Source: Octopus sinensis (Eukaryota). From it: a DNA stretch of 64,000 bases. Where the stretch lies: NCBI RefSeq assembly GCF_006345805.1, contig NC_043022.1:1240001-1304000 (forward strand). Direction: 5' to 3'. The notes under the pieces were generated by a model. It made no database searches and was not told where the DNA came from. It was given only the letters and a program-made list of their open reading frames with translations. Positions 1 through 14,000 of the stretch are shown one piece after another (positions within the stretch are counted from its first letter, which is position 1; every line of letters starts with the position of its first letter). The position numbers and the translations under genes are program-made.

Positions 1-21
1 TATTAGAGAGGAAATTTATTC

Positions 22-408
22 ATTTACTTGTTTCAGTCATTTGAATGTGGCCATGTTGGAGAAACGCCTCGAAGGGTTTTAGTCAAACAAATTAACCCCA
101 GAACTTTTTGCTTCAGCCTAGTACCTATTCAATCAGTCTCTTTTGCTGAACCACTAAGTTACAGGGACATAAACACGCCAACACTGGTTGTCAAGTGATG
201 ATTGGCGGGGGGGGGGGGAGGCAGAAACACAAAGATACACAGACACATATACAGCAGGCTTCTTTCAGTTTCCATTTACCAAATTCACTCACAAGGCTGC
301 AGCCTGGGGCTATAGTAGAAGACACTTGATTAAGGTACTATGCAATGTGATATTGAACCCGGAACCATGTTGTAGGGAAGCAAGCTTCTTACCACACAGC
401 CATGCCTG
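22..408 (-). mobile_element. tRNA-derived SINE, family A (about 400 bp), diverged full-length copy
   Basis: Reverse complement has a head with A-box/B-box-like motifs and the tail ...cagtcaaatgactgaaacaagtaaa shared with many copies in the window. Confidence 0.85.
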
Positions 409-656
409 AAAATTAACAGAAATAAAAATAATGTTTGCCTTATCAAATTGTTTTAATATTTTATAGTGAGGCTTCTGCTGGGTTTGAAACCGTTTTGCTC
501 ATATTCCCCAGTTTAGGACCACAGCCTCACTACATTGCCAGAAGGTCATATAGAAGAAATTAACTGTAACATTATAAAAAGGCTTTAATGCTTACATGAA
601 TATGGTTTAACCAGTCAGATTGGATAGTATATAACCAAATGAGAGGTAGACTTTAA

Positions 657-877
657 CCCTTTAGCATTTAAACGAGCCATATCCGGCCAAAAGTATTCTG
701 CCTGTTTTATGTTCAAACTGCCCAGATCTGGTCTTTCACACCAGCCCTACAATATCGTTTGAAAAATTAACAGCTACAACATCAAAATCTCAAAGCTACA
801 AGATAATGCCTGATTAGTTCGAAACAATGTGAATAAAGAGGTATTAATTTTGGCAGAATAATGCAAACACTAAAGGG
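657..877. mobile_element. piggyBac-type MITE
   Basis: TTAA|CCCTTTAG ... CTAAAGGG|TTAA: short terminal inverted repeats with a TTAA target duplication. Confidence 0.75.
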
Positions 878-1233
878 TTAAATTAAGTTTTGTGAATTTC
901 CCTATTAAACAGTTCTGCAGAAGGTTCTAGAGTTTTGACTGAGCAGGTGCTACACAGATCTCGATCTGTCAATTTTTTAATAAGGTGTTCTCAGTTTTTT
1001 ATTTATTCTACCGTAGGCTGCTGGTAGTAAGCTCACTACACATGCAAGACTCCAGGAGCTCCAACAAAACCTGTGATAAAGGGGAAAATAATAAAAATAA
1101 AAACAACAACAACAACAAAAGATTATTTGTTGTAGCCTGATGTTAGGATTTTTTTCTCTTCCAACAGTTCAGTGTGTATGAAATTAGTACTACTACTATT
1201 ACTACTGCTGCTGATAATAATAATAATAATAAT

Positions 1234-1270
<37 letters not shown>

Positions 1271-1365
1271 GAGCTTCTCTGCCCTAGGTATATGGAAAAC
1301 ACTCGGCAAGAAACGGAAGAATATTTTAGGAAAGAAGAAAAAAAATTAATAATAATAATAATAAT

Positions 1366-1578
1366 AAAAATATTCAGACAAATACATAACAAAAACACCA
1401 GGACTTACAAACACATATAACATACAGAAAATTGCACTACTAGGCACTGCACACATCCTACGCAGAACACTTTCCATACAATAACCATCAGAGCACCACA
1501 ACAAATCACAGCACATACCCAAGGCACACAGAGCTGCGCTCGGTAGTGAAGCGAAAGCACACTATAAAAATAAAACTA

Positions 1579-1581
<3 letters not shown>
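1366..1581 (+). mobile_element. 3' end of an R4/Dong-like non-LTR retrotransposon inserted in (TAA)n
   Basis: Translates KYSDKYITKTPGLTNTYNIQKIALLGTAHILRRTLSIQ* (stop 1482-1484), typical of the C-terminus of R4/Dong restriction-like-endonuclease ORFs. A short 3' UTR follows, and (AAT)n flanks both sides. Confidence 0.7.
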
Positions 1582-1633
<52 letters not shown>

Positions 1634-1739
1634 GAGCTTCTCTGCCCTAGGTGTATGGAAAATACTCGGCAAAAAACGGAAGAATATTTTAGGAAAGAAG
1701 AAAAACAATTAATAATAATAATAATAATAATAATAATCC

Positions 1740-2105
1740 TTTTTACTAAAGGCACAAGGCCAGAAATTTGGGGGAGGCGATGAGTCGATTATATCGGCCC
1801 CAGTGTTTCACTCGTACTTATTTTATCAATCTCGAAAGAATGAAAGGCTAAGTCAACTTTGGCGGAATTTGAACTCAAAATAAGAACGGACGAAATGCAG
1901 CTAAACATTTTGTCCAGTGTGCTAACAATTCTGTCAGCTCACCACCTTAATAACAACAACAACAACAACAATAACAACAACAATAATAATATCAATAATA
2001 ATATTTTCCACTATAGGCACAAGGCCTGAAATTTGGGGGAGAGCAATAGATAATTACATCGATCCCAGTACTTGAATACTTCTTAATTTATCGACCCTCA
2101 AAAGG
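1740..2105 (-). mobile_element. tRNA-derived SINE family C: one near-full copy (1740-1948) and a fragment (2005-2105)
   Basis: Reverse complement of the ggtgagctggcagaatcgttagc...gttcaaattccgcc...gcctttcatcc...ggggtcgat motifs seen in plus-strand copies at 28877 and 34827. Confidence 0.75.
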
Positions 2106-2145
2106 ATATATCATATATATCATATATTTATATTGTGAAATTTGA

Positions 2146-4810
2146 AGCTAAAGACGCTAAGCTAAAAAAGCGAAGCTAAAAACGTGAAGCTATACACGCG
2201 AAACCAAAAAAGCTAAACTAAAAAAGCTAAGGAAAAATAGCAAAGCTAAAAACGTGAAGCTATAAACGCGAAACTAAAAACGCTAAGCTAAAAACGCGAA
2301 ACTAAAAACACTAAGCTAAAAACGTGAAGCTATAAACGCGAAACTAAAAACACTAAGCTTAAAAACGCGAAACTAAAAACGCTAAGCTAAAAAAGCGAAG
2401 CTAAAAACGTGAAGCTATAAACACGAAACTAAAAACGCTAAGCTAAAAACGCGAAACTAAAAACGCTAAGCTAAAAACGCGAAACTAAAAACGCTAAGCT
2501 AAAAACGCGAAACTAAAAACGCTAAGCTAAAAACGCGAAACTAAAAACACTAAGCTAAAAACGCGAAACTAAAAACACTAAGCTAAAAACGCGAAACTAA
2601 AAACACTAAGCTAAAAACGTGAAGCTATAAACGCGAAACTAAAAACACTGAGCTAAAAACGTGAAGCTATAAACGCGAAACTAAAAACGCTAAGCTAAAA
2701 ACGCGAAACTAAAAACACTAAGCTAAAAACGCGAAACTAAAAACACTAAGCTAAAAACGCGAAACTAAAAACACTAAGCTAAAAACGTGAAGCTATAAAC
2801 GCGAAACTAAAAACGCTGAGCTAAAAACGCGAAACTAAAAACACTAAGCTAAAAACGCGAAACTAAAAACACTAAGCTAAAAACGTGAAGCTATAAACGC
2901 GAAACTAAAAACGCTAAGCTAAAAACGCGAAACTAAAAACACTAAGCTAAAAACGCGAAACTAAAAACACTAAGCTAAAAACGTGAAGCTATAAACGCGA
3001 AACTAAAAACGCTAAGCTAAAAACGCGAAAAAAAAAAACACTAAGCTAAAAACGCGAAACTAAAAACACTAAGCTAAAAACGCGAAACTAAAAACACTAA
3101 GCTAAAAACGCGAAACTAAAAACACTAAGCTAAAAACGTGAAGCTATAAACGCGAAACTAAAAACGCTAAGCTAAAAACGCGAAACTAAAAACACTAAGC
3201 TAAAAACGCGAAACTAAAAACACTAAGCTAAAAACGCGAAACTAAAAACACTAAGCTAAAAACGCGAAACTAAAAACACTAAGCTAAAAACGCGAAACTA
3301 AAAACACTAAGCTAAAAACGCGAAACTAAAAACACTAAGCTAAAAACGCGAAACTAAAAACACTAAGCTAAAAACGTGAAGCTATAAACGCGAAACTAAA
3401 AACGCTAAGCTAAAAACGCGAAACTAAAAACACTAAGCTGAAAACGCGAAACTAAAAACACTAAGCTAAAAACGCGAAACTAAAAACACTAAGCTAAAAA
3501 CGCGAAACTAAAAACACTAAGCTAAAAACGTGAAGCTATAAACACGAAACTAAAAACGCTGAGCTAAAAACGCGAAACTAAAAACACAAAGTTAAAAACG
3601 CGAAACTAAAAACGTGAAGCTTATAAACGCGAAACTAAAAACGCTAAGCTAAAACGCGAAACTAAAAACACTAAGCTAAAACGCGAAACTAAAAACACTA
3701 AGCTAAAAACGCGAAACTAAAAACACTAAGCTAAAAACGTGAAGCTATAAACGCGAAACTAAAAACACTGAGCTAAAAACGTGAAGCTATAAACGCGAAA
3801 CTAAAAACGCTAAGCTAAAAACGCGAAACTAAAAACACTAAGCTAAAAACGCGAAACTAAAACACTAAGCTAAAAACGCGAAACTAAAAACACTAAGCTA
3901 AAAACGTGAAGCTATAAACGCGAAACTAAAAACGCTGAGCTAAAAACGCGAAACTAAAAACACTAAGCTAAAAACGCGAAACTAAAAACACTAAGCTAAA
4001 AACGTGAAGCTATAACGCGAAACTAAAAACGCTAAGCTAAAAACGCGAAACTAAAAACACTAAGCTAAAAACGCGAAACTAAAAACACTAAGCTAAAAAC
4101 GTGAAGCTATAAACGCGAAACTAAAAACGCTAAGCTAAAAACGCGAAACTAAAAACACTAAGCTAAAAACGCGAAACTAAAAACACTAAGCTAAAAACGC
4201 GAAACTAAAAACACTAAGCTAAAAACGCGAAACTAAAAACACTAAGCTAAAAACGTGAAGCTATAAACGCGAAACTAAAAACGCTAAGCTAAAAACGCGA
4301 AACTAAAAACACTAAGCTAAAAACGCGAAACTAAAACCTAAGCTAAAAACGCGAAACTAAAACACTAAGCTAAAAACGCGAACTAAAAACACTAAGCTAA
4401 AAACGCGAAACTAAAAACACTAAGCTAAAAACGCGAAACTAAAAACACTAAGCTAAAAACGCGAAACTAAAAACACTAAGCTAAAAACGTGAAGCTATAA
4501 ACGCGAAACTAAAAACGCTAAGCTAAAAACGCGAAACTAAAAACACTAAGCTGAAAACGCGAAACTAAAAACACTAAGCTAAAAACGCGAAACTAAAAAC
4601 ACTAAGCTAAAAACGCGAAACTAAAAACACTAAGCTAAAAACGTGAAGCTATAAACACGAAACTAAAAACGCTGAGCTAAAAACGCGAAACTAAAAACAC
4701 AAAGTTAAAAACGCGAAACTAAAAACGTGAAGCTTATAAACGCGAAACTAAAAAAGCGAAGCAAAGAGTGAAGCTAAAAACGCTAAGCTAAAATACCTAC
4801 GCTAAAAAAA
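2146..4810. repeat. Minisatellite: 14-bp subunits organised as a 28-bp unit (GCTAAAAACGCGAA-ACTAAAAACACTAA)
   Basis: Directly visible tandem array of about 2.65 kb with variant subunits GCTAAAAACGTGAA and GCTATAAACGCGAA; edges are degenerate. Confidence 0.97.
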
Positions 4811-5090
4811 GCTATGCTTTAGAAGTTCACTCAATATTTTTTAAGATTTTCTGTTCAATGTGAATTTTTCCCAGTATCAGGGAGTGTCATTTATTTCTTT
4901 GGACATAATGACACATAAAATGTTGAATATTTTCCCCTATTTTGTATACAACGTGAATTTTCCCCTATTTCAGGTAATGTTAGTTGTTACCCAGGAGACA
5001 TTCCATCCTACAATACAACACCTAATGTTTCCGGCTTCACTGGCAATTTTCAGTATTTCAGCGGAAATAACGATGAGTCATAAGAAGTTA

Positions 5091-8000
5091 AATATTTTTC
5101 ACTACTTTCTCTTAAATGTGAATTTTTCCCAATATCAAGGAGTGTCAGTTGTTTCTTTGGAGATATTCCCCCCGACAATACGAAGCCTAATGTTTTCTGC
5201 TTCATTTACGAACTTCAGTATTTCAGCGGAAATAACGATGAATATTTTTCACTACTTTCTCTTAAATGGGAATTTTTCCCAATATCAAGGAGTGTCAGTT
5301 GTTTCTTTGAAGATATTCCCTCCGACAATACGAAGCCTAATGTTTTCTGCTTCATTTACGAACTTCAGTATTTCAGCGGAAATAACGATGAATATTTTTC
5401 ACTACTTTCTCTTAAATGTGAATTTTTCCCAATATCAAGGAGTGTCAGTTGTTTCTTTGAAGATATTCCCTCCGACAATACGAAGCCTAATGTTTTCTGC
5501 TTCATTTACGAACTTCAGTATTTCAGCGGAAATAACGATGAATATTTTTCACTACTTTCTCTTAAATGTGAATTTTTCCCAATATCAAGGAGTGTCAGTT
5601 GTTTCTTTGAAGATATTCCCTCCGACAATACGAAGCCTAATGTTTTCTGCTTCATTTACGAACTTCAATATTTCAGCGGAAATAACGATGAATATTTTTC
5701 ACTACTTTCTCTAAATGGGAATTTTTCCCAATATCAAGGAGTGTCAGTTGTTTCTTTGAAGATATTCCCTCCGACAATACGAAGCCTAATGTTTTCTGCT
5801 TCATTTACGAACTTCAGTATTTCAGCGGAAATAACGATGAATATTTTTCACTACTTTCTCTTAAATGTGAATTTTTCCCAATATCAAGGAGTGTCAGTTG
5901 TTCTTTGAAGATATTCCCTCCGACAATACGAAACCTAATGTTTTCTGCTTCATTTACGAACTTCAGTATTTCAGCGGAAATAACGATGAATATTTTTCAC
6001 TACTTTCTCTTAAATGTGAATTTTTCCAATATCAAGGAGTGTCAGTTGTTCTTTGAAGATATTCCCTCCGACAATACGAAGCCTACTGTTTTCTGCTTCA
6101 TTTACGAACTTCAGTATTTCAGCGGAAATAACGATGAATATTTTTCACTACTTTCTCTTAAATGGGAATTTTTCCCAATATCAAGGAGTGTCAGTTGTTT
6201 CTTTGAAGATATTCCCTCCGACAATACGAAGCCTACTGTTTTCTGCTTCATTTACGAACTTCAGTATTTCAGCGGAAATAACGATGAATATTTTTCACTA
6301 CTTTCTCTTAAATGTGAATTTTTCCCAATATCAAGGAGTGTCAGTTGTTTCTTTGAAGATATTCCCTCCGACAATACGAAACCTAATGTTTTCTGCTTCA
6401 TTTACGAACTTCAGTATTTCAGCGGAAATAACGATGAATATTTTTCACTACTTTCTCTTAAATGTGAATTTTTCCCAATATCAAGGAGTGTCAGTTGTTT
6501 CTTTGAAGATATTCCCTCCGACAATACGAAACCTAATGTTTTCTGCTTCATTTACGAACTTCAGTATTTCAGCGGAAATAACGATGAATATTTTTCACTA
6601 CTTTCTCTTAAATGTGAATTTTTCCCAATATCAAGGAGTGTCAGTTGTTTCTTTGGAGATATTCCCTCCGACAATACGAAGCCTAATGTTTTCTGCTTCA
6701 TTTACGAACTTCAGTATTTCAGCGGAAATAACGATGAATATTTTTCACTACTTTCTCTTAAATGTGAATTTTTCCCAATATCAAGGAGTGTCAGTTGTTT
6801 CTTTGAAGATATTCCCTCCGACAATACGAAGCCTAATGTTTTCTGCTTCATTTACGAACTTCAATATTTCAGCGGAAATAACGATGAATATTTTTCACTA
6901 CTTTCTCTTAAATGTGAATTTTTCCCAATATCAAGGAGTGTCAGTTGTTTCTTTGAAGATATTCCCTCCGACAATACGAAGCCTACTGTTTTCTGCTTCA
7001 TTTACGAACTTCAGTATTTCAGCGGAAATAACGATGAATATTTTTCACTACTTTCTCTTAAATGGAATTTTTCCCAATATCAAGGAGTGTCAGTTGTTTC
7101 TTTGAAGATATCCCTCCGACAATACGAAACCTAATGTTTTTGCTTCATTTACGAACTTCAGTATTTCAGCGAAAATAACGATGAATATTTTTCACTATTT
7201 TCTCTAAATGTGAATTTTTCCCAATATCAAGGAGTGTCAGTTGTTTCTTTGAAGATATTCCTCCGACAATACGAAGCCTACTGTTTTCTGCTTCATTTAC
7301 GAACTTCAGTATTTCAGCGGAAATAACGATGAATATTTTTCACTACTTTCTCTTAAATGGGAATTTTTCCCAATATCAAGGAGTGTCAGTTGTTCTTTGA
7401 AGATATTCCCTCCGACAATACGAAGCCTACTGTTTTCTGCTTCATTTACCAACTTCAGTATTTCAGCGGAAATAACGATGAATATTTTTCACTACTTTCT
7501 CTTAAATGGGAATTTTTCCAATATCAAGGAGTGTCAGTTGTTTCTTTGAAGATATTCCCTCCGACAATACGAAGCCTACTGTTTTCTGCTTCATTTACAA
7601 CTTCAGTATTTCAGCGGAAATAACGATGAATATTTTTCACTACTTTCTCTTAAATGGGAATTTTTCCCAATATCAAGGAGTGTCAGTGTTGTTTCTTTGG
7701 AGATATTCCCTCCGACAATACGAAGCCTAATGTTTTCTGCTTCATTTACGAACTTCAGTATTTCAGCGGAAATAACGATGAATATTTTTCACTACTTTCT
7801 CTTAAATGGGAATTTTCCCAATATCAAGGAGTGTCAGTTGTTTCTTCTGGAGATATTCCCTCCGACAATACGAAGCCTACTGTTTTCTGCTTCATTTACG
7901 AACTTCAGTATTTCAGCGGAAAAACGATGAATATTTTTCACTACTTTCTCTTAAATGGGAATTTTCCCAATATCAAGGAGTGTCAGTTGTTTCTTTGGAG

Positions 8001-11000
8001 ATATTCCCTCCGACAATACGAAGCCTAATGTTTTCTGCTTCATTTACGAACTTCAGTATTTCAGCGGAAATAACGATGAATTTTCACTACTTTCTCTTAA
8101 ATGGGAATTTTTCCCAATATCAAGGAGTGTCAGTTGTTTCTTTGGAGATATTCCCTCCGACAATACGAAGCCTACTGTTTTCTGCTTCATTTACGAACTT
8201 CAGTATTTCAGCGGAAATAACGATGAATATTTTTCACTACTTTCTCTTAAATGGGAATTTTTCCCAATATCAAGGAGTGTCAGTTGTTTCTTTGAAGATA
8301 TTCCCTCCGACAATACGAAGCCTACTGTTTTCTGCTTCATTTACCAACTTCAGTATTTCAGCGGAAATAACGATGAATATTTTTCACTACTTTCTCTTAA
8401 ATGGGAATTTTTCCCAATATCAAGGAGTGTCAGTTGTTTCTTTGGAGATATTCCCTCCGACAATACGAAGCCTAATGTTTTCTGCTTCATTTACGAACTT
8501 CAGTATTTCAGCGGAAATAACGATGAATATTTTTCACTACTTTCTCTTAAATGTGAATTTTTCCCAATATCAAGGAGTGTCAGTTGTTTCTTTTTGAAGA
8601 TATTCCCTCCGACAATACGAAGCCTAATGTTTTCTGCTTCATTTACGAACTTCAGTATTTCAGCGGAAATAACGATGAATATTTTTCACTACTTTCTCTT
8701 AAATGTGAATTTTTCCCAATATCAAGGAGTGTCAGTTGTTTCTTTGAAGATATTCCCTCCGACAATACGAAGCCTAATGTTTTCTGCTTCATTTACGAAC
8801 TTCAGTATTTCAGCGGAAATAACGATGAATATTTTTCACTACTTTCTCTTAAATGTGAATTTTTCCCAATATCAAGGAGTGTCAGTTGTTTCTTCTTTGA
8901 AGATATTCCCTCCGACAATACGAAGCCTAATGTTTTCTGCTTCATTTACGAACTTCAGTATTCAGCGGAAATAACGATGAATATTTTTCACTACTTTCTC
9001 TTAAATGTGAATTTTTCCCAATATCAAGGAGTGTCAGTTGTTTCTTTGAAGATATTCCCTCGACAATACGAAGCCTAATGTTTTCTGCTTCATTTACGAA
9101 CTTCAGTATTTCAGCGGAAATAACGATGAATATTTTTCACTACTTTCTCTTAAATGTGAATTTTTCCCAATATCAAGGAGTGTCAGTTGTTTCTTTGAAG
9201 ATATTCCCTCCGACAATACGAAGCCTATGTTTTTTTCTGCTTCATTTACGAACTTCAGTATTTCAGCGGAAATAACGATGAATATTTTTCACTACTTTCT
9301 CTTAAATGGGAATTTTTCCCATATCAAGGAGTGTCAGTTGTTTCTTTGAAGATATTCCCTCCGACAATACGAAGCCTACTGTTTTCTGCTTCATTTACGA
9401 ACTTCAGTATTTCAGCGGAAATAACGATGAATATTTTTCACTACTTTCTCTTAAATGGGAATTTTTCCCAATATCAAGGAGTGTCAGTTGTTTCTTTGAG
9501 ATATTCCCTCCGACAATACGAAGCCTATGTTTTTCTGCTTCATTTACGAACTTCAGTATTTCAGCGAAAATAACGATGAATATTTTTCACTACTTTCTCT
9601 TAAATGGAATTTTTCCCAATATCAAGGACTGTCAGTTGTTTCTTTGAAGATATTCCCTCCGACAATACGAAGCCTACTGTTTTCTGCTTCATTTACCAAC
9701 TTCAGTATTTCAGCGGAAATAACGATGAATATTTTTCACTACTTTCTCTTAAATGGGAATTTTTCCCAATATCAAGGAGTGTCAGTTGTTTCTTTGGAGA
9801 TATTCCCTCCGACAATACGAAGCCTAATGTTTTCTGCTTCATTTACGAACTTCAGTATTTCAGCGGAAATAACGATGAATATTTTTCACTACTTTCTCTT
9901 AAATGGGAATTTTTCCCATATCAAGGAGTGTCAGTTGTCTTTGGAGATATTCCCTCCGACAATACGAAGCCTAATGTTTTCTGCTTCATTTACGAACTTC
10001 AGTATTTCAGCGGAAATAACGATGAATATTTTTCACTACTTTCTCTTAAATGTGAATTTTTCCCAATATCAAGGAGTGTCAGTTGTTTCTTTGAAGATAT
10101 TCCTTCCGACAATACGAAGCCTAATGTTTTCTGCTTCATTTACGAACTTCAGTATTTCAGCGGAAATAACGATGAATATTTTTCACTACTTTCTCTTAAA
10201 TGTGAATTTTTCCCAATATCAAGGAGTGTCAGTTGTTTCTTTGAAGATATTCCCTCCGACAATACGAAGCCTAATGTTTTCTGCTTCATTTACGAACTTC
10301 AATATTTCAGCGGAAATAACGATGAATATTTTTCACTACTTTCTCTTAAATGTGAATTTTTCCCAATATCAAGGAGTGTCAGTTGTTTCTTTGAAGATAT
10401 TCCCTCCGACAATACGAAGCCTAATGTTTTCTGCTTCATTTACGAACTTCAGTATTTCAGCGGAAATAACGATGAATATTTTTCACTACTTCTCTTAAAT
10501 GTGAATTTTTCCCAATATCAAGGTGTCAGTTGTTTCTTTGAAGATATTCCCTCCGACAATACGAAGCCTAATGTTTTCTGCTTCATTTACGAACTTCAGT
10601 ATTTCAGCGGAAATAACGATGAATATTTTTCACTACTTTCTCTTAAATGTGAATTTTTCCCAATATCAAGGAGTGTCAGTTGTTTCTTTGGAGATATTCC
10701 CTCCGACAATACGAAGCCTAATGTTTTCTGCTTCATTTACGAACTTCAGTATTTCAGCGGAAATAACGATGAATATTTTTCACTACTTTCTCTTAAATGT
10801 GAATTTTTCCCAATATCAAGGAGTGTCAGTTGTTTCTTTGAAGATATTCCCTCCGACAATACGAAGCCTAATGTTTTCTGCTTCATTTACGAACTTCAGT
10901 ATTTCAGCGGAAATAACGATGAATATTTTTCACTACTTTCTCTTAAATGTGAATTTTTCCCAATATTAAGGAGTGTCAGTTGTTTCTTTGAAGATATTCC

Positions 11001-14000
11001 CTCCGACAATACGAAGCCTAATGTTTTCTGCTTCATTTACGAACTTCAGTATTTCAGCGGAAATAACGATGAATATTTTTCACTACTTTCTCTTAAATGT
11101 GAATTTTTCCCAATATCAAGGAGTGTCAGTTGTTTCTTTGAAGATTCCCTCCGACAATACGAGCCTAATGTTTTCTGCTTCATTTACGAACTTCAGTATT
11201 TCAGCGGAAATGACGATGAATATTTTTCACTACTTTCTCTTAAATGTGAATTTTTCCCAATATCAAGGAGTGTCAGTTGTTTCTTTGAAGATATTCCCTC
11301 CAGCAATACGAAACCTAATGTTTTCTGCTTCATTTACGAACTTCAGTATTTCAGCGGAAATAACGATGAATATTTTTCACTACTTTCTCTTAAATGGGAA
11401 TTTTTCCCAATATCAAGGAGTGTCAGTTGTTTCTTTGAAGATATTCCCTCCGACAATACGAAACCTAATGTTTTCTGCTTCATTTACGAACTTCAGTATT
11501 TCAGCGGAAATAACGATGAATATTTTTCACTACTTTCTCTTAAATGTGAATTTTTCCCATTATCAAGGAGTGTCAGTTGTTTCTTTGAAGATATTCCCTC
11601 CGACAATACGAAACCTAATGTTTTCTGCTTCATTTACGAACTTCAGTATTTCAGCGGAAATAACGATGAATATTTTTCACTACTTTCTCTTAAATGTGAA
11701 TTTTTCCCATTATCAAGGAGTGTCAGTTGTTTCTTTGAAGATATTCCCTCCGACAATACGAAACCTAATGTTTTCTGCTTCATTTACGAACTTCAGTATT
11801 TCAGCGGAAATAACGATGAATATTTTTCACTACTTCTCTTAAATGGGAATTTTTCCCAATATCAAGGAGTGTCAGTTGTTTCTTTGAAGATATTCCCTCC
11901 GACAATACGAAGCCTAATGTTTTCTGCTTCATTTACGAACTTCAGTATTTCAGCGGAAATAACGATGAATATTTTTCACTACTTTCTCTTAAATGTGAAT
12001 TTTTCCCATTATCAAGGAGTGTCAGTTGTTTCTTTGAAGATATTCCCTCCGACAATACGAAACCTAATGTTTTCTGCTTCATTTACGAACTTCAGTATTT
12101 CAGCGGAAATAACGATGAATATTTTTCACTACTTTCTCTTAAATGTGAATTTTTCCCAATATCAAGGAGTGTCAGTTGTTTCTTTGGAGATATTCCCTCC
12201 GACAATACGAAGCCTAATGTTTTCTGCTTCATTTACGAACTTCATATCATTATCAGCGGAAATAACGATGAATATTTTTCACTACTTTCTCTTAAATGGA
12301 ATTTTTCCCAATATCAAGGAGTGTCAGTTGTTTTCTTTTTGAGATATTCCCTCCGACAATACGAAGCCTAATGTTTTCTGCTTCATTTACGAACTTCAGT
12401 ATTTCAGCGGAAATAACGATGAATATTTTTCACTACTTTCTCTTAAATGGGAATTTTTCCCAATATCAAGGAGTGTCAGTTGTTTCTTTGAAGATATTCC
12501 CTCCGACAATACGAAGCCTAATGTTTTCTGCTTCATTTACGAACTTCAGTATTTCAGCGGAAATAACGATGAATATTTTTCACTACTTTCTCTTAAATGT
12601 GAATTTTTCCCATATCAAGGAGTGTCAGTTGTTTCTTCTTTGAAGATATTCCCTCCGACAATACGAAACCTAATGTTTTCTGCTTCATTTACGAACTTCA
12701 GTATTTCAGCGGAAATAACGATGAATATTTTTCACTACTTTCTCTTAAATGTGAATTTTTCCCATTATCAAGGAGTGTCAGTTGTTTCTTTGAAGATATT
12801 CCCTCCGACAATACGAAACCTAATGTTTTCTGCTTCATTTACGAACTTCAGTATTTCAGCGGAAATAACGATGAATATTTTTCACTACTTTCTCTTAAAT
12901 GGGAATTTTTCCCAATATCAAGGAGTGTCAGTTGTTTCTTTGAAGATATTCCCTCCGACAATACGAAGCCTAATGTTTTCTGCTTCATTTACGAACTTCA
13001 GTATTTCAGCGGAAATAACGATGAATATTTTTCACTACTTTCTCTTAAATGTGAATTTTTCCCATTATCAAGGAGTGTCAGTTGTTTCTTCTTTGAAGAT
13101 ATTCCCTCCGACAATACGAAACCTAATGTTTTCTGCTTCATTTACGAACTTCAATATTTCAGCGGAAATAACGATGAATATTTTTCACTACTTTCTCTAA
13201 ATGGGAATTTTTCCCAATATCAAGGAGTGTCAGTTGTTTCTTTGAAGATATTCCCTCCAGCAATACGAAGCCTAATGTTTTCTGCTTCATTTACGAACTT
13301 CAGTATTTCAGCGGAAATAACGATGAATATTTTTCACTACTTTCTCTTAAATGGGAATTTTTCCCAATATCAAGGAGCGTGTCAGTTGTTTCTTTGAAGA
13401 TATCCCTCCAGCAATACGAAGCCTAATGTTTTCTGCTTCATTTACGAACTTCAGTATTTCAGCGGAAATAACGATGAATATTTTTCACTACTTTCTCTTA
13501 AATGGGAATTTTTCCCAATATCAGGAGTGTCAGTTGTTCTTTGAAGATATTCCCTCCAGCAATACGAAGCCTAATGTTTTCTGCTTCATTTACGAACTTC
13601 AGTATTTCAGCGGAAATAACGATGAATATTTTTCACTACTTTCTCTTAAATGGGAATTTTTCCCAATATCAAGGAGTGTCAGTTGTTTCTTTGAAGATAT
13701 TCCCTCCAGCAATACGAAGCCTAATGTTTTCTGCTTCATTTACGAACTTCAGTATTTCAGCGGAATTAACGATGAATATTTTTCACTACTTTCTCTTAAA
13801 TGGGAATTTTTCCCAATATCAAGGAGTGTCAGTTGTTTCTTTGAAGATATTCCCTCCAGCAATACGAAGCCTAATGTTTTCTGCTTCATTTACGAACTTC
13901 AGTATTTCAGCGGAAATAACGATGAATATTTTTCACTACTTTCTCTTAAATGGGAATTTTTCCCAATATCAAGGAGTGTCAGTTGTTTCTTTGAAGATAT

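Noticed and set aside
1123-1420. Poly-Ile ORFs resembling signal or transmembrane peptides
   Set aside because: They are translations of (AAT)n tracts.
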